DNA from: an uncultured Chthonomonadaceae bacterium
Lineage (GTDB): Bacteria > Armatimonadota > Chthonomonadetes > Chthonomonadales > Chthonomonadaceae
Direction: 5' to 3'
DNA length: 64,000 nt
Assembly: GCA_963817895.1 (NCBI GenBank)
Contig: CAWFQB010000004.1
Location: 768,001-832,000, forward strand
Each line of letters starts with the position of its first letter. Within the stretch, counting starts at the first letter, position 1. The notes beneath the pieces are model-generated. The model was not told the origin of the DNA. It searched no databases and was given only the letters and a program-made list of their open reading frames with translations. This document shows positions 30,806 to 42,003 of this stretch, piece by piece. The translations under genes and the position numbers were made by a program.

Positions 30806-31924
30806 ATGCGCATACTGATAATTGGCGTGGGCGGGGTGGGGGCGATGGCGGCATGGCGACTGGCAATCGCGGGGCAAGAGGTTGTAGCCTTCGAGCAGTT
30901 CGGCATTGACCATGACCGGGGCAGTTCTTATGGCGACAGCCGCATTGTTCGCCGCGTATATCCCGACGCGCTGTATACAAACCTGATGGCGGATGCGTAT
31001 AACCTGTGGGACGAATTGCAGGCGCAATCGCCGGACGAAGATTTGTTTTTGCGGGCGGGCGGCGTGTTCGTTGGTTTGCGCCAAGATCCCCTGATACAGC
31101 AGGCGCAGGACGCTTTACGAACAAGCGGCGTTGATTATGAAGTTTTGGACAGGGCCGAATGTGGGCGGCGATTTCCCGCTTTTGTGTTGGAAAATGACGA
31201 GGTTGCGGTTTATGAGCCGAGCATGGGCTATGCCCGCGCTTCCAACTGCGTTCGGGCGGCGGTTCGGCTTGCGAAAAAGCAGGGCGCAATTATATGGGAA
31301 AACACGCCCATAGCCGGTATTGTCGCTGATGCAGGCGGCGTACAGGTGACAACGGCGGCAGGGGAAACCATTGGGGGCGATAAGCTGCTGCTCACGGCAG
31401 GACCCTGGACAGGGCCTAAACTCTCAGAATTTGGAATGAAGGTTCCGCTTGTCGTCACCCGGCAGCCGTATATTCACTTGCAGCCTGCGCGACACGCGGA
31501 GCAATTCGGGGTCGGGCGGTTTCCCGTGTGGATTGACGCGGGCGCGAACTTCTACGGATTTCCGCAATTGGGAAATGTTCCGGGCGTGAAGATCGGGCTG
31601 CATAATCGGGGCGCAACTACTACGCCCGATACGGTAAACCGCGAAGTCACGGATGCCGATATTGAGAGTACACTGGAGTATGCGTCGCGTCGGTTCCCCT
31701 CGCTCGATAAAAAGGTTGTATACTCCAAAGTATGCCTGTATACGAATACGCCGGACGAAGATTTTATTATTGATGCGGTTCCCACCTTGCGGAACACATT
31801 TGTTGTCGGCGGCCTGAGCGGGCACGGCTTCAAGTTCACGCCCCTGCTCGGTCAGATACTTTCGGACATGGCGCAGGGTAAACCGATTTCTCATGATTTA
31901 AGCCGGTTTCGCCTGAACCGCTGA
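30806..31924 (+). CDS. solA: N-methyl-L-tryptophan oxidase / monomeric sarcosine oxidase family
   Basis: GxGxxG, HDRGSSYGDSRI, CLYTNTPDEDFIID, SGHGFKF. Confidence 0.88.
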   Translation: MRILIIGVGGVGAMAAWRLAIAGQEVVAFEQFGIDHDRGSSYGDSRIVRRVYPDALYTNLMADAYNLWDELQAQSPDEDLFLRAGGVFVGLRQDPLIQQAQDALRTSGVDYEVLDRAECGRRFPAFVLENDEVAVYEPSMGYARASNCVRAAVRLAKKQGAIIWENTPIAGIVADAGGVQVTTAAGETIGGDKLLLTAGPWTGPKLSEFGMKVPLVVTRQPYIHLQPARHAEQFGVGRFPVWIDAGANFYGFPQLGNVPGVKIGLHNRGATTTPDTVNREVTDADIESTLEYASRRFPSLDKKVVYSKVCLYTNTPDEDFIIDAVPTLRNTFVVGGLSGHGFKFTPLLGQILSDMAQGKPISHDLSRFRLNR

Positions 31925-31999
31925 TTCGCCTGACGATGTTTTCTGCCGCGCCGCGTAGTTAAGCATGGCGCGTTACCTTTGCCGGAAAGCAGGAACATC

Positions 32000-32281
32000 A
32001 TGCGAACCTCACTGAAAAATTATGCGATTGGCGTGTTGCTCACCGTTTGTTTGTTGAGCGCTTTATACAGTTAAAATATGTTAAGCCGGGGCGTGGCGTC
32101 AGGCGAAAACCAGATCGGACGTTATCAACTAATCTCGGTGGGCAGCGCTATGAACCCCTTTGTCTACTTTCTGGACACGAAAACAGGGCAGTGCTGGATG
32201 GCATATACCCCTGGCGATAGCGTGAAAAGAGAGGGCTGGCACAAAATAGAAACACCTGTAGATGCGAACAACAGGCAGTAG
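32000..32281 (+). CDS. Small secreted or membrane hypothetical protein (probable frameshift near 32070)
   Basis: RBS plus hydrophobic MRTSLKNYAIGVLLTVCLL, then GRYQL...LDTKTGQCW in another frame. Confidence 0.5.
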
Positions 32282-32349
32282 CGCCGACAGGCAGAAGATT
32301 TCGCCACTGCAAAGTTTGGCTGTATACAACAAGTTTTCAGGAATTCAAT

Positions 32350-34935
32350 TTGCTCACTTCTACTTTTCGTCATCGTCATCTGCTCGCTATCGTATCATTT
32401 GTCGGCACCCTGTACGGTATGTTGAATTACAGCCACGCCTTAGCGCAGCAGGCGGTTCCTGTTGGTGTTTCCTCCCCGACACCCAATTTGCCGCCCTCCT
32501 CGCTGCTGGATTTGAGCGGGAAGTTGGACAATGCGGTTGGAAAACGCGGTTTCGTCAGCGTCGGCAGCGACGGGCATTTTCATTATGAGGATGGAACCCG
32601 CGCCCGCTTCTGGGGAATCAACGTCTCCTCGACGCGCCTGAACATTCCCAACGCGCAAATAGAGCAAGTCGTCACCAATTTTCAGCAAGCGGGGCTGAAC
32701 ATGGCGCGCCTGGAAGCCATTGACAACCGCAACTGCCTGCTTGGAAGTCCTGACGCGCCCAACTCGCAGCATTTCGATCTGGCGTATTTAGATCGTTTGG
32801 ATTACTGGATGGACTGCCTGCGGCGGCACGGCATGGCGTATTACCTCGACCTGCTGGATTTTCGCACCTTCAAAGCCGGGGACGGCGTTCTCAATGCCGA
32901 ACAGATGGCGCGGGGAGCGCGTCCCTACGCGCTATTCGATCCCTATTTGATACAACTGCAAAAAGAGTATGCCAGTCGCCTGCTGCTGCACAAGAACCGC
33001 TATTCCGGGCTGATGCCGGTTGACGATCCCGCCTGCGCCCTTGTGGAAATCTGCAACGAACACGGTTTTTTCCTGTACGCCGAAAAATTGGAACAACTGG
33101 CGGAGCCGTACAATACCAATCTGCGAACTCGCTGGGGGCAGTGGCTCAGAGCGCGTTACGGGAGCCGCGACAAACTTGCAGCGCAGTGGGGACAAACGAA
33201 CGGCGTAAACGTCCTGCGCGACGAGGAAGACCCGGACAAGGGCAATGTAGACCTGCCCATACTGACGGGCGCGTTCTCTCCGCTTCCGCCCGGAATGGCC
33301 GACATTCGCCGCGCGCCCACCCGGATGCGCGACGGCGTAGAGTTTCTGTATCAGGTACAGCGCGGATATTTCCGAGAGATGAAGGCGCATTTACGAGCGA
33401 TTGGGCTGCGCTGCCCCGTGACGGCAGTGGTTTCCAATGGCTTGATTCCCGATGTGGCTTCGGTTGCGCAGGAGTGCGATTTCACCGCTGAAAACTGGTA
33501 TGGCGAAGGCGTAAACGCCGACCCGCGCTCTCCCGGCCTGCGCTACTATTCCAACCGCAACAGCATCCGCGATGACAGTCCGGGCGGGTTCGCGCCCTTT
33601 ACCGCCGCTCTGCGCTGGCAAAACAAGCCCGTCGTCGTGCGCGAATGGGCCACCACCTGGCCCAATCAGTATCGCGCCGTGTCGGTACCCGAAGCCCTCG
33701 CGTATGCCAGTTTGCAGGATTTTGATGCCGTGCTGCTGTTCGGCTACCAGACCAACCGCGCCCCCAACGGAGCCGAAGCCGACGTTCTCAACGATTTCGC
33801 GTTTCAGGTAGACCCGACAACCTGGGGATTGTACGCCCTTGCGGGACAGGCGTTTATGAACCGCGCCATCGCCCCCGCCAACCATCAGGTGACGTTCGCG
33901 TATCCGCCCGAACGCCTGTTCGATTGGCCCAATAATGCGGGCGAATTGTACCGGGCAGGCTGGTCGGTTCGCCTGAACAACGCCGCCGTCGCAAGCGCGA
34001 ATGTGAGCAGTATCGTTCCCACAAACGACGACAAAGACCTGGGCGCGCTGAAACGCTTGCTGAACGGATTGGGGCAGAATGGCGCTCCTGTCGGCAGCGG
34101 TTCGGTGAGCAGTCACGTATGGCGCAGCGATACCGGCCAGATCGTCCGCAATGTGGGGCAGGGGCGTCTGGAAATCAATACCCCGACCCTGCGCGTCCTG
34201 TCGGGGGATTTTTCGCCGGGGCAAACATACAGCCTGGGAGATTTACGTTTTTCTACACTCACGCCCTTCGGAACTCTGTTTGCGCTGTCGCTGGACGGCC
34301 TGCCCGTGGAACGCTCCCGGCATCTCATCGTGAAAATGGTGACGCGGGCCGACAATACGGGCCAGATTCTGGAAAGAGCGGCCCCCGGCTTTGTCGGCAA
34401 CTGGGTGCTGAACGATCCGGGCAAAGCCCCCGTAATCACCTTCGGACGCGCCGCCAATCTTCCGACCCGCGTATGGTTCGTTCAGGAGACGGGGAACAGA
34501 AAAGAAGAAAAGGAGAAAAGGAGAAAAGGAGAAAAGGAGAAGGAAAAGGGGAAAAGTCAATTACCAGCTACCAATCACCAGCCACCAATCACCCGCGAAC
34601 TGCTGTCGTTGTGGATGCTGGACGGAACGTGGGAGTTGGACATGGAGAATGGACGCGCGACGCTGGCTTGCGACACGCCCGGTATCAACGGATTGGCATT
34701 GGGGAGAACGTTTACCACGTCCGCGCAGGCTGTGGAGATGGCGGGATTGTCCGGCCTGCCGCTGTTCGCGCCACCTGCATTGCGGCCTGCCCTGCCCGTG
34801 AAAATCGCGTTGCTCAAGACAGTATCTCCCCTGCTCAAAGCCAAATCGCAAAATCCCAAACCGCAAAATCGCGCCGCGCTCACTTCGCGCTCTGCCGAAA
34901 CACTACAGCGTCCTTCCAAACGCTCTTTGCGCTGA
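32350..34935 (+). CDS. Secreted clan GH-A-like glycoside hydrolase
   Basis: Signal peptide, RFWGIN, EICNE (acid/base), KPVVVREW (nucleophile), C-terminal beta domain SDTGQI. Confidence 0.7.
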   Translation: MLTSTFRHRHLLAIVSFVGTLYGMLNYSHALAQQAVPVGVSSPTPNLPPSSLLDLSGKLDNAVGKRGFVSVGSDGHFHYEDGTRARFWGINVSSTRLNIPNAQIEQVVTNFQQAGLNMARLEAIDNRNCLLGSPDAPNSQHFDLAYLDRLDYWMDCLRRHGMAYYLDLLDFRTFKAGDGVLNAEQMARGARPYALFDPYLIQLQKEYASRLLLHKNRYSGLMPVDDPACALVEICNEHGFFLYAEKLEQLAEPYNTNLRTRWGQWLRARYGSRDKLAAQWGQTNGVNVLRDEEDPDKGNVDLPILTGAFSPLPPGMADIRRAPTRMRDGVEFLYQVQRGYFREMKAHLRAIGLRCPVTAVVSNGLIPDVASVAQECDFTAENWYGEGVNADPRSPGLRYYSNRNSIRDDSPGGFAPFTAALRWQNKPVVVREWATTWPNQYRAVSVPEALAYASLQDFDAVLLFGYQTNRAPNGAEADVLNDFAFQVDPTTWGLYALAGQAFMNRAIAPANHQVTFAYPPERLFDWPNNAGELYRAGWSVRLNNAAVASANVSSIVPTNDDKDLGALKRLLNGLGQNGAPVGSGSVSSHVWRSDTGQIVRNVGQGRLEINTPTLRVLSGDFSPGQTYSLGDLRFSTLTPFGTLFALSLDGLPVERSRHLIVKMVTRADNTGQILERAAPGFVGNWVLNDPGKAPVITFGRAANLPTRVWFVQETGNRKEEKEKRRKGEKEKEKGKSQLPATNHQPPITRELLSLWMLDGTWELDMENGRATLACDTPGINGLALGRTFTTSAQAVEMAGLSGLPLFAPPALRPALPVKIALLKTVSPLLKAKSQNPKPQNRAALTSRSAETLQRPSKRSLR

Positions 34936-35090
34936 AAAGCTTTTGCTGATGTAGCTGCCGCATTGGGTATACTGTAAGCGCGTTGTTTCCGGGCGTACAA
35001 CATCAAACTTTGTATTGTATGGTATTCTCATTCGCGTGTATTCGCGTTCATTCGCGGCTACTCTCTTTCTCTGTTTTTACAAGGAACTTC

Positions 35091-36038
35091 ATGCCCGACC
35101 CCACAGACGACGCCCCACAAACGGCCTCAACGCCGGACGCGCCCCAAGTACAGCAGGTAGAGCAGACGGGAACCGGTTTTCCGCTAATGCCTTCCCCGGC
35201 CTGTACCACACCGGCGGGAACGCCGTATCTGCGCGTTCCGGGCGTCGCCCTGCTGTCCAAACCCGATGTCAACGTCGCCAATCTGTCCGATTTTTTAGGC
35301 GGGTTCGCGCCCGAACTCCACTTCCTGCAGTATCTTGACGATCCAACCCCGCTTTCTCCCGCCGCGCAGTTGTGCAAAACAGCCGGACAATTATGTTACG
35401 CGAGTTTCGCCCCAAAGCGAACTATGAACGCCGACGCCGCCCGCTACTTCCGCAACATCATGGATAGCGGACACGGCAGCGTTCTGGAACACGCCAATTT
35501 TTCATTCGCGTTTTACGGTATTTCCCGTTCGGTAACGCATGAGTTGGTTCGGCATCGAGCAGGTTTTGGTTTTTCAATGGTGAGTCAGCGCTATGTGAGC
35601 GGGCGGGTATTGCGGTTTGTGGAACGGCCGGAGTACCAGAGCGACGCGCTGCTGCATGAGGCGTTTGAAAAACGTATTGATGGCGCGGCTGCCGATTATG
35701 AACAGGTTGCGGAACGGCTGCTGGCGCAGCAAAAAGCGGGGGATGAACTGCTGTCGGGCGAGGCGAAAACCGATCTGCGCAAAAAGGTGCAGCAGGCGGC
35801 TCGCAGCGTTCTGCCCAACGAAACCGAAGCGCCCATTGTCGTGACCGGTAACGTTCGCGCCTGGCGACACTTTCTGGAGATGCGCGCCAATTTGCATGCC
35901 GAAACGGAAATCCGCGCCCTCGCGTTCCGAACTTATCTTTGCCTGCTTGCCGTTGAGCCAATGTTATTTGGCGACTATCGCGCCATTCGACTGCCGGATG
36001 GAACAAACGCTGTGGAAACGGATTACCAAAAAATATAA
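35091..36038 (+). CDS. thyX: FAD-dependent thymidylate synthase
   Basis: GHGSVLEHA, SRSVTHELVRHR...SQRYV, ARSVLPN, NVRAWRHF. Confidence 0.95.
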   Translation: MPDPTDDAPQTASTPDAPQVQQVEQTGTGFPLMPSPACTTPAGTPYLRVPGVALLSKPDVNVANLSDFLGGFAPELHFLQYLDDPTPLSPAAQLCKTAGQLCYASFAPKRTMNADAARYFRNIMDSGHGSVLEHANFSFAFYGISRSVTHELVRHRAGFGFSMVSQRYVSGRVLRFVERPEYQSDALLHEAFEKRIDGAAADYEQVAERLLAQQKAGDELLSGEAKTDLRKKVQQAARSVLPNETEAPIVVTGNVRAWRHFLEMRANLHAETEIRALAFRTYLCLLAVEPMLFGDYRAIRLPDGTNAVETDYQKI

Positions 36039-36261
36039 CTAATGATATAAAAACGTGGCGCAAACGCTGACATCAGGGTAAATTGCCTGTGATTGCCAAA
36101 ATCAGGTATCAATGCGGGAGAAAAGGCTTGATTTTTTCTCAGAAAACGTGTACTATGAAATAAGTAATTTTCGCAGGCATATTTGCATGCGTCCGCTTCT
36201 GCTTTCGGCGCGGTGAACTCAGCCCGACGGAGCAACGTAACCCAAAGGGGCCATACGTCCG

Positions 36262-36504
36262 ATGTTAGACCGTCCACTCTTTTTCCAACTACTGCTCTGC
36301 TTGTGTGGCGTGCATCAGAACCCGCCGCCGCGTGACCCACCCGGTCCCGTGGTCGCGTTCTGCCCCTGCTGCCAACGAAAATGGCTCTACTATTTTGGCG
36401 GAATGGCAAGCGTGAACTATGCCGTCCCAACTCTGCTCTTGCCTAATTTTCCGCGCGTGATTGGACCCATCTCCAATCAATACGCGAATGCGCTGACGAT
36501 CTGA
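36262..36504 (+). CDS. Small Cys/His-rich hypothetical protein
   Basis: LLCLCGVH...CPCC; upstream TTGATT-N17-TACTAT at 36128-36156; ends 11 nt before the next gene. Confidence 0.5.
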   Translation: MLDRPLFFQLLLCLCGVHQNPPPRDPPGPVVAFCPCCQRKWLYYFGGMASVNYAVPTLLLPNFPRVIGPISNQYANALTI

Positions 36505-36515
36505 CGGAACTATTT

Positions 36516-37736
36516 ATGTCCGATCCCCATTTGGAGGCGAGCCGCCCTGCGCTCGCCTCTATGTCATTTGTACGCCCGGTCCTGCGTCTGGGCATCATCG
36601 GGTGCGCCATTGGGCGTTCGCGCTACCATGCCGCGATACAGGCCAGTCCCTTCCTGCAAGTGGCCGGACTTGCCGATGAAGACGAACGTTATACCCGCAT
36701 CTGGGCGCGCGACCTGGGCAGCCGTACCCCCGCCTATGCAAGCGTATCCGCCCTGCTGGAACATGCCGACACCTTCGACGCTGTATTGATTGCCTCCCCT
36801 CTTTCCGAACGCCCTGCGCATCTGGCAGGCGCGCTGAAAACAGGCAGGCCCATTTTATGTGAAGCACCGTTTGCCCTCGCGCTTACCGAAGTGGAAACCC
36901 TGAACCAACAGGCGCGGGACAATTCTGTTCTATTGTTGCCCGCCCTTCCTCGCCGTTTCGATCCCTGGTTTCAAGCCGCCGCGCGGCAGTTGCAGTCCGG
37001 CGCTATTGGAGCAGTCACGCAAATTCGCTGCCACTGGAGTTTTCCCATTGAGAATGTGGACGTTACCGAAGATGTCATCACGGGTGGCTGGAACGCCCTG
37101 ATGCAGATGCTGGGCAGTCAGACAGCGGATGTGTGCCGCTGGTGGCAGGGCAATGGCCTTGCGGTCAGCGGCGACGTGGATTTACCGGAATTGCGCGGGG
37201 AGAAGCGTACGGGTGGGCGACTGCCGGGGGAACGCGCGCTGGCGAACCTGATCGTCACGCACGAGCAGGGGCAATCCACGCACCATTTATCACGGACGCG
37301 GGGCGTACAGCCTGACGAGCGCTATCTGTTCAGCGGCGCGACGGGAAGCATGGAACTGATTGTCACGGCGGGCGCGTCCGGCGCATCGGCTTCCGCGCCC
37401 CTGCTGCGCGTCCAGCAAGCGGGCGAAAAGTTTCAAACCGTTCGCGTAAGTACCGCGCCTGCCCCGGACAGCCGAACAGCGCTATCCCCCGCCGTGTCTC
37501 GTATTCAAAATCTGCTGCGGCATTTTGCAGATTGCGTTCAGAGTGGCGAAACGCCGCAGGTAACACCCGATGACGCCCGACACGCTCTGGAAATCATTCA
37601 GGCGGCCTACCTTTCCACGCAGGACAAAATTCAAAATCAGCCTGCCTCTGCGCCGCGCCCCCGACATTCGGCAAATGTTGCTGTCACCCGGCGCATCCTT
37701 TCCCGCTCTGCCCCCCTCCCTGTAACTCTTCCCTGA
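36516..37736 (+). CDS. Gfo/Idh/MocA-family oxidoreductase (likely frameshift near 37628)
   Basis: LRLGIIGC, DAVLIASP, ILCEAP, RRFDP, ALEIIQAAY.S. Confidence 0.82.
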   Translation: MSDPHLEASRPALASMSFVRPVLRLGIIGCAIGRSRYHAAIQASPFLQVAGLADEDERYTRIWARDLGSRTPAYASVSALLEHADTFDAVLIASPLSERPAHLAGALKTGRPILCEAPFALALTEVETLNQQARDNSVLLLPALPRRFDPWFQAAARQLQSGAIGAVTQIRCHWSFPIENVDVTEDVITGGWNALMQMLGSQTADVCRWWQGNGLAVSGDVDLPELRGEKRTGGRLPGERALANLIVTHEQGQSTHHLSRTRGVQPDERYLFSGATGSMELIVTAGASGASASAPLLRVQQAGEKFQTVRVSTAPAPDSRTALSPAVSRIQNLLRHFADCVQSGETPQVTPDDARHALEIIQAAYLSTQDKIQNQPASAPRPRHSANVAVTRRILSRSAPLPVTLP

Positions 37737-37841
37737 CTAACGAAATATTAACGACAAAAACGTTTGCGTATTTGTACGCTAAAAGGTATACTGCTGGCAC
37801 GAGTCATTTTTGCTGCAATTTTTGCTAACAGTAGGGAAGCC

Positions 37842-40800
37842 ATGCTGCATGAACCCTGGCGCATACGACTGTTAGGTGGTCTGCGCCTGCAACAACAATC
37901 AACCACTGTGGAGCGGTTTCGGACGCGCAAAGCCGCCGCCCTGCTTGCGTATCTCGCCTTCTATTCGCATCGGCAACATTCCCGCGAAGAGTTGGCGGAA
38001 CTGTTCTGGCCAGATGAGAACCACAGCGCGGAGGCGAAAGCGCACAATCTGAATCAGGCCCTGTCCACCCTGCGCCGGTATCTGGAACCCACGCCCGATG
38101 ACAAAGGAACCGTGCTGCGCTCTACCCATACGCATATTGCCCTGAGCTGGGAAGCAATCGTTGTGGATGTGGCGGAATTTGAAGCGGCTATCCGCCTTGC
38201 GGCGCGAAGTTCAGACGTTTTGGAGCGCGGCAGGCATCTTGCGCGGGCGGTTTCTCTGTATGCGGGGGATTTACTGCCCGGTATGTATGAGGAATGGGCG
38301 CTGATGGAGCGGGAGCGCCTGCGGGAGCAGTACACGCAAACGCTGCTGCAATTGGCCGAGCATAGCGGCGAACAGGGCAAATTCGTGTCCTCGCCGCTTC
38401 CGTCTGCTCCACCCCTTCTGCCTGCGTTACCGGCTTCTCTGTCCGCAACTGTTTCTCCGATAGAGGAGGTGGCGCAAACGCCCGCTCCTATCACGCGCCT
38501 TCCCCTCACCCTGACTGCCTTCTTCGGGCGCGAAACAGAAATGCGGCAGACCGCTAAAATTTTAGAAGTCTGCGCGTTTACTGACGTTCACGGGCGCGGG
38601 CGGCAGTGGCAAAACGCGGCTTGCCATTGAAATCGGGCGCGATCAATCCGCGCGTTTTGGCGTGATTGTTTTTGTGGCTCTGGCCGAAGTCGCCAACTCC
38701 CTCGATCTGTTGCCTGCTGTTGCCGACGCGCTTGCTGCCGCTTGCCATCAACGCGCAACTGTTCCCGCGCCCGCTTCCACTGCCGGTCAGGACGTGTTGA
38801 CGCAAATTCAAACGCTGCTTTCCACTCGCCGCGCTCTGCTGATACTGGACAACTTTGAACATCTTGTCGAAGCCGCGCCGTCCGTGCCGGAATTGCTGGC
38901 CGCCTGTCCCCTGCTGTCGTGCCTGATAACCTCGCGCTGTTCGCTGCATCTGAACGGGGAACATGTCCTTGCCGTCGCGCCGTTTCCGCTTCCCGAAGAC
39001 ATACTTGACCTTGACGAACTTAAAACCCGGCCCTCCATTCAGTTGTTTCTCAATCGGGCGCAGGCGGTACGCTCGGATTTTCGGCTCACTTCCCATAACG
39101 CGCCCCTTCTGGCAGGGTTGTGCGGCGACCTGGACGGTCTGCCCCTTGCGCTGGAACTGGCGGCTGCGCGTATCGGCACGTTTACCCTTTCGGAAATGCG
39201 GCAGCAACTCGCGGACGGCAAACAGCGCTTTCAGTTGCTCGTGTCCCGGCATCGGGATACGCATCATCGCCACCACAGCCTGACTGCGACCCTGGGCTGG
39301 AGTTACTGCCAGTTATCGCCCGCGCAGCAACGGTTTTTTGCCCGACTCTCCCTGCTGCGCGGCGATTGGAATTCAGACGCGGCCCATGCTGTCGGCGGCT
39401 TTGCCCGCAAACAGGACACGGGGGACGCGCTGGAACATCTCTGCTCTGCTTCGCTGATTGTAACGAATACGAGAGAACGTGAAAATGATGATTCTGCCGA
39501 ATCCGCCTTCTGCCTGCTGGAAACCATGCGGCAGTTCGGACAACAGCAATTAACGCCGGAGGATGCGGCAGAGGCTGCGCTTTATCAGGCGCAGTTTTAT
39601 TTACGGCAGGCGGAAACTCATTCTGCGGGCAGCGACGCGGAAAGGGAAAACGCCTGGTTTGCCCGCATGGAGCAGGCCTCGCCGAATCTACGCGCGGCTC
39701 TGGATTGGTGCTTCGGGCTGGAGGGCGACAGGGCGTTGGGAACGCGCCTGTGCATTGCCCTGACTCGCTTCTGGTTTTATCGCTGTCACTATGCGGAGGG
39801 ATTGCGCTATTTCACCCTTGCGCTTGCCGCCGAGGTCGGTCATCAGTACCCCGCTTTACGAGCGGACTCGCTGCACGGCGCGGCCCTGTTCTCCGCTCGC
39901 CTGAACCACTACGAGGATGCGGTGGCATGGGCGCAGGCGTGTTTGCAATTGCGGCGGGAAAGCGGCGACAGGGGCAAAATCGCAAATTGCCTGCAAAACC
40001 TCGCGCACTACATCTGGTGTCTGCACAATCCAACGGCTGCGGAAACGTGCCACCGGGAAGCTCTTGCCCTGTATGAAGAAATGGGAGATTTAGAAGGAAT
40101 TGGCCGGGGGTATGGCGGTCTGGGCGCAATCGCGGAGAACCGGGGCAACGTTGCAAGCGCGGAACACTGGCGACTTCGGCATCTTGGTATCGCCCGACAA
40201 AGCGGCAATGCTTACGCCATAGCCTGCGCCCTGGTCAGTCTTTCCGGCCTTGCCGCCTGTCAGGAGCAATGGGCGCGAGCAAAATCCTTTGCTGAAGAGG
40301 CGTTCGCCATTCACGAGACGCGCCGTGACGAGTATCAGATGGCATACGCCCGCATGGGGCTGGCGCGCGCCTGCCTGGGCATGGACGAATGGGAGGAAGC
40401 GGAAACGCATTTGCAGGCGGCTGCTGCCACGCTGGAACGGTTGGGCGACCGGAGCGGACTGGCGGGCGCGCATCGCTGGCGGGCGGAACTGTATCGGAAG
40501 CAGGACAAACCCGATATGGCGCGGATTCATTTACAGAAATGCTTCATGCTGCTTCTGCAACTTCAGGAGCCGTTGAGCATCGGCAAAATCGCCGAACAGT
40601 GGATTGTACGAACCTTCGACCCTGCCGACGCGCCCCGCCTGCTGCCCCTGCTGTCCGCGCTGGACGCGCAGCAAACGGTCGAACCCTACCGCCGCTACCC
40701 GCTCGAACAGCGTTACCGGGACGCCTGCATCGCAAAAGCAAAAAATCTCCTCGGCGCGGCTTCCTTTCAGCGGGCCTGGGACAAAGGCCGCGCGATGGCC

Positions 40801-40905
40801 TGGAACAAAGCGCTGGGCCTGATACTGACTCTGCGCTGCGTTTTCGCCTTTCTCCTGTTCAATGCGGACTTTCTCAATTGCGGCCTTTACGATTTTAGCG
40901 CATAA
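37842..40905 (+). CDS. AfsR/SARP-family regulator: wHTH, BTAD, STAND ATPase, TPR (frameshift near 38570)
   Basis: RFRTRKAAALLAYLA, LFWPD, Y.GDLLPG, TGAGGSGKTRLA, LILDNFEH, LDGLPLALELAAAR, TPRs. Confidence 0.88.
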
Positions 40906-40954
40906 ACCGGCGTTTGCTCCTCCGCCGCGTATCGTCAAATTCTCTTGATTCGTT

Positions 40955-40989
40955 TTGTTGACGTTCTGTTGACGCTGCCCTGCTAAACT
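40955..40989 (+). promoter_or_regulatory. Direct-repeat box plus -10 (SARP/OmpR-type geometry)
   Basis: ttgttgacg-t-tctgttgacg-N9-TAAACT. Confidence 0.6.
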
Positions 40990-41021
40990 ACCGGTGTTGT
41001 ATCATTTATTTTCCTTGCTGC

Positions 41022-41052
41022 GCCGGTTCGTCAGTCGAACCGGCCTTTTTTT
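41022..41052 (+). terminator. Intrinsic terminator
   Basis: gccggttcg-tcagt-cgaaccggc followed by c and T7. Confidence 0.8.
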
Positions 41053-41079
41053 GCCCTCTGCGTCTGCTTTGTATCAGCT

Positions 41080-42003
41080 TTAACGTTCCCCGCCCTCGTA
41101 ATACACCCATCGCGCCGAGGTTTTGAACACGATAAACGACGCTATCAGCGTGAGGACGAATAGCGCCCAGGCCATCGCGCAGGCGTAGCCCATGCGGAAA
41201 TACTGGAAAGCGTTCTGGTACAGGTACAGCGCGTAGAACAGGGTGCTTTTCGCTGGCCCGCCCGCGCCGCCCGTCATCACGAATGCCTGCGTGAAATACT
41301 GGAACGTGCCGATTACGCTCAAAATCAAGTTAAAGAAAATCACGGGCGAAATGGCGGGCAGAGTGACGTGGCGCAGTTTGTCCCAACCCGTCGCGCCGTC
41401 CAGTTCAGCCGCTTCATATAGATGCGCGGGTACGCCCTGCAACGCGGCCAGATAGATAATCATGCTGCCGCCCACGCCCCACAAATCCATGACAATAAAG
41501 CCGGGTTTGGCCCAGCTTCGATCCGAAAGCCAGCCGGGAGCGGGCAGATGCAGCCATGCCAGACTCTTATTTACCAGCCCGTATTCCGGGTTGAGCAGCC
41601 ACAGCCACAAGATGGCCGAAGCGACGGTCGGCACAACAGACGGAATATAGTACAGGGTTCGGAACCACGCCATGCCGCGCAATTTGAGATTAAGCAGCAG
41701 GGCAATCGCCAGTCCGATTACAAGGCCGATGGGCAGTTCCAGAAACATGAACAGCGTATTCCACAGGCTTGGCAGAAAATAGTCGTGGTCGGTGAACAAA
41801 TCCACATAGTTGCGAACGCCCACCCAGCGCGGCGGCGTCAGTACGCGATAATCGCAAAAACTGTAGTACAGCGAGGCAAGAATAGGGTACAGCGTGAAAA
41901 TCAAAAATCCTATCAGCCAGGGCGACACGAACGCAAGGCCGAGCCAGGGGATTTTCGATTTTCGATTTTCGATTTTCGACTGCATCACGTTCGATTGTCT
42001 CAA
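41080..42003 (-). CDS. Carbohydrate ABC transporter permease
   Basis: LYEAAELDGA EAA motif, HVTLPAISP, MGYACAMAW. Confidence 0.92.
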   Translation of the reverse strand: MRQSNVMQSKIENRKSKIPWLGLAFVSPWLIGFLIFTLYPILASLYYSFCDYRVLTPPRWVGVRNYVDLFTDHDYFLPSLWNTLFMFLELPIGLVIGLAIALLLNLKLRGMAWFRTLYYIPSVVPTVASAILWLWLLNPEYGLVNKSLAWLHLPAPGWLSDRSWAKPGFIVMDLWGVGGSMIIYLAALQGVPAHLYEAAELDGATGWDKLRHVTLPAISPVIFFNLILSVIGTFQYFTQAFVMTGGAGGPAKSTLFYALYLYQNAFQYFRMGYACAMAWALFVLTLIASFIVFKTSARWVYYEGGER

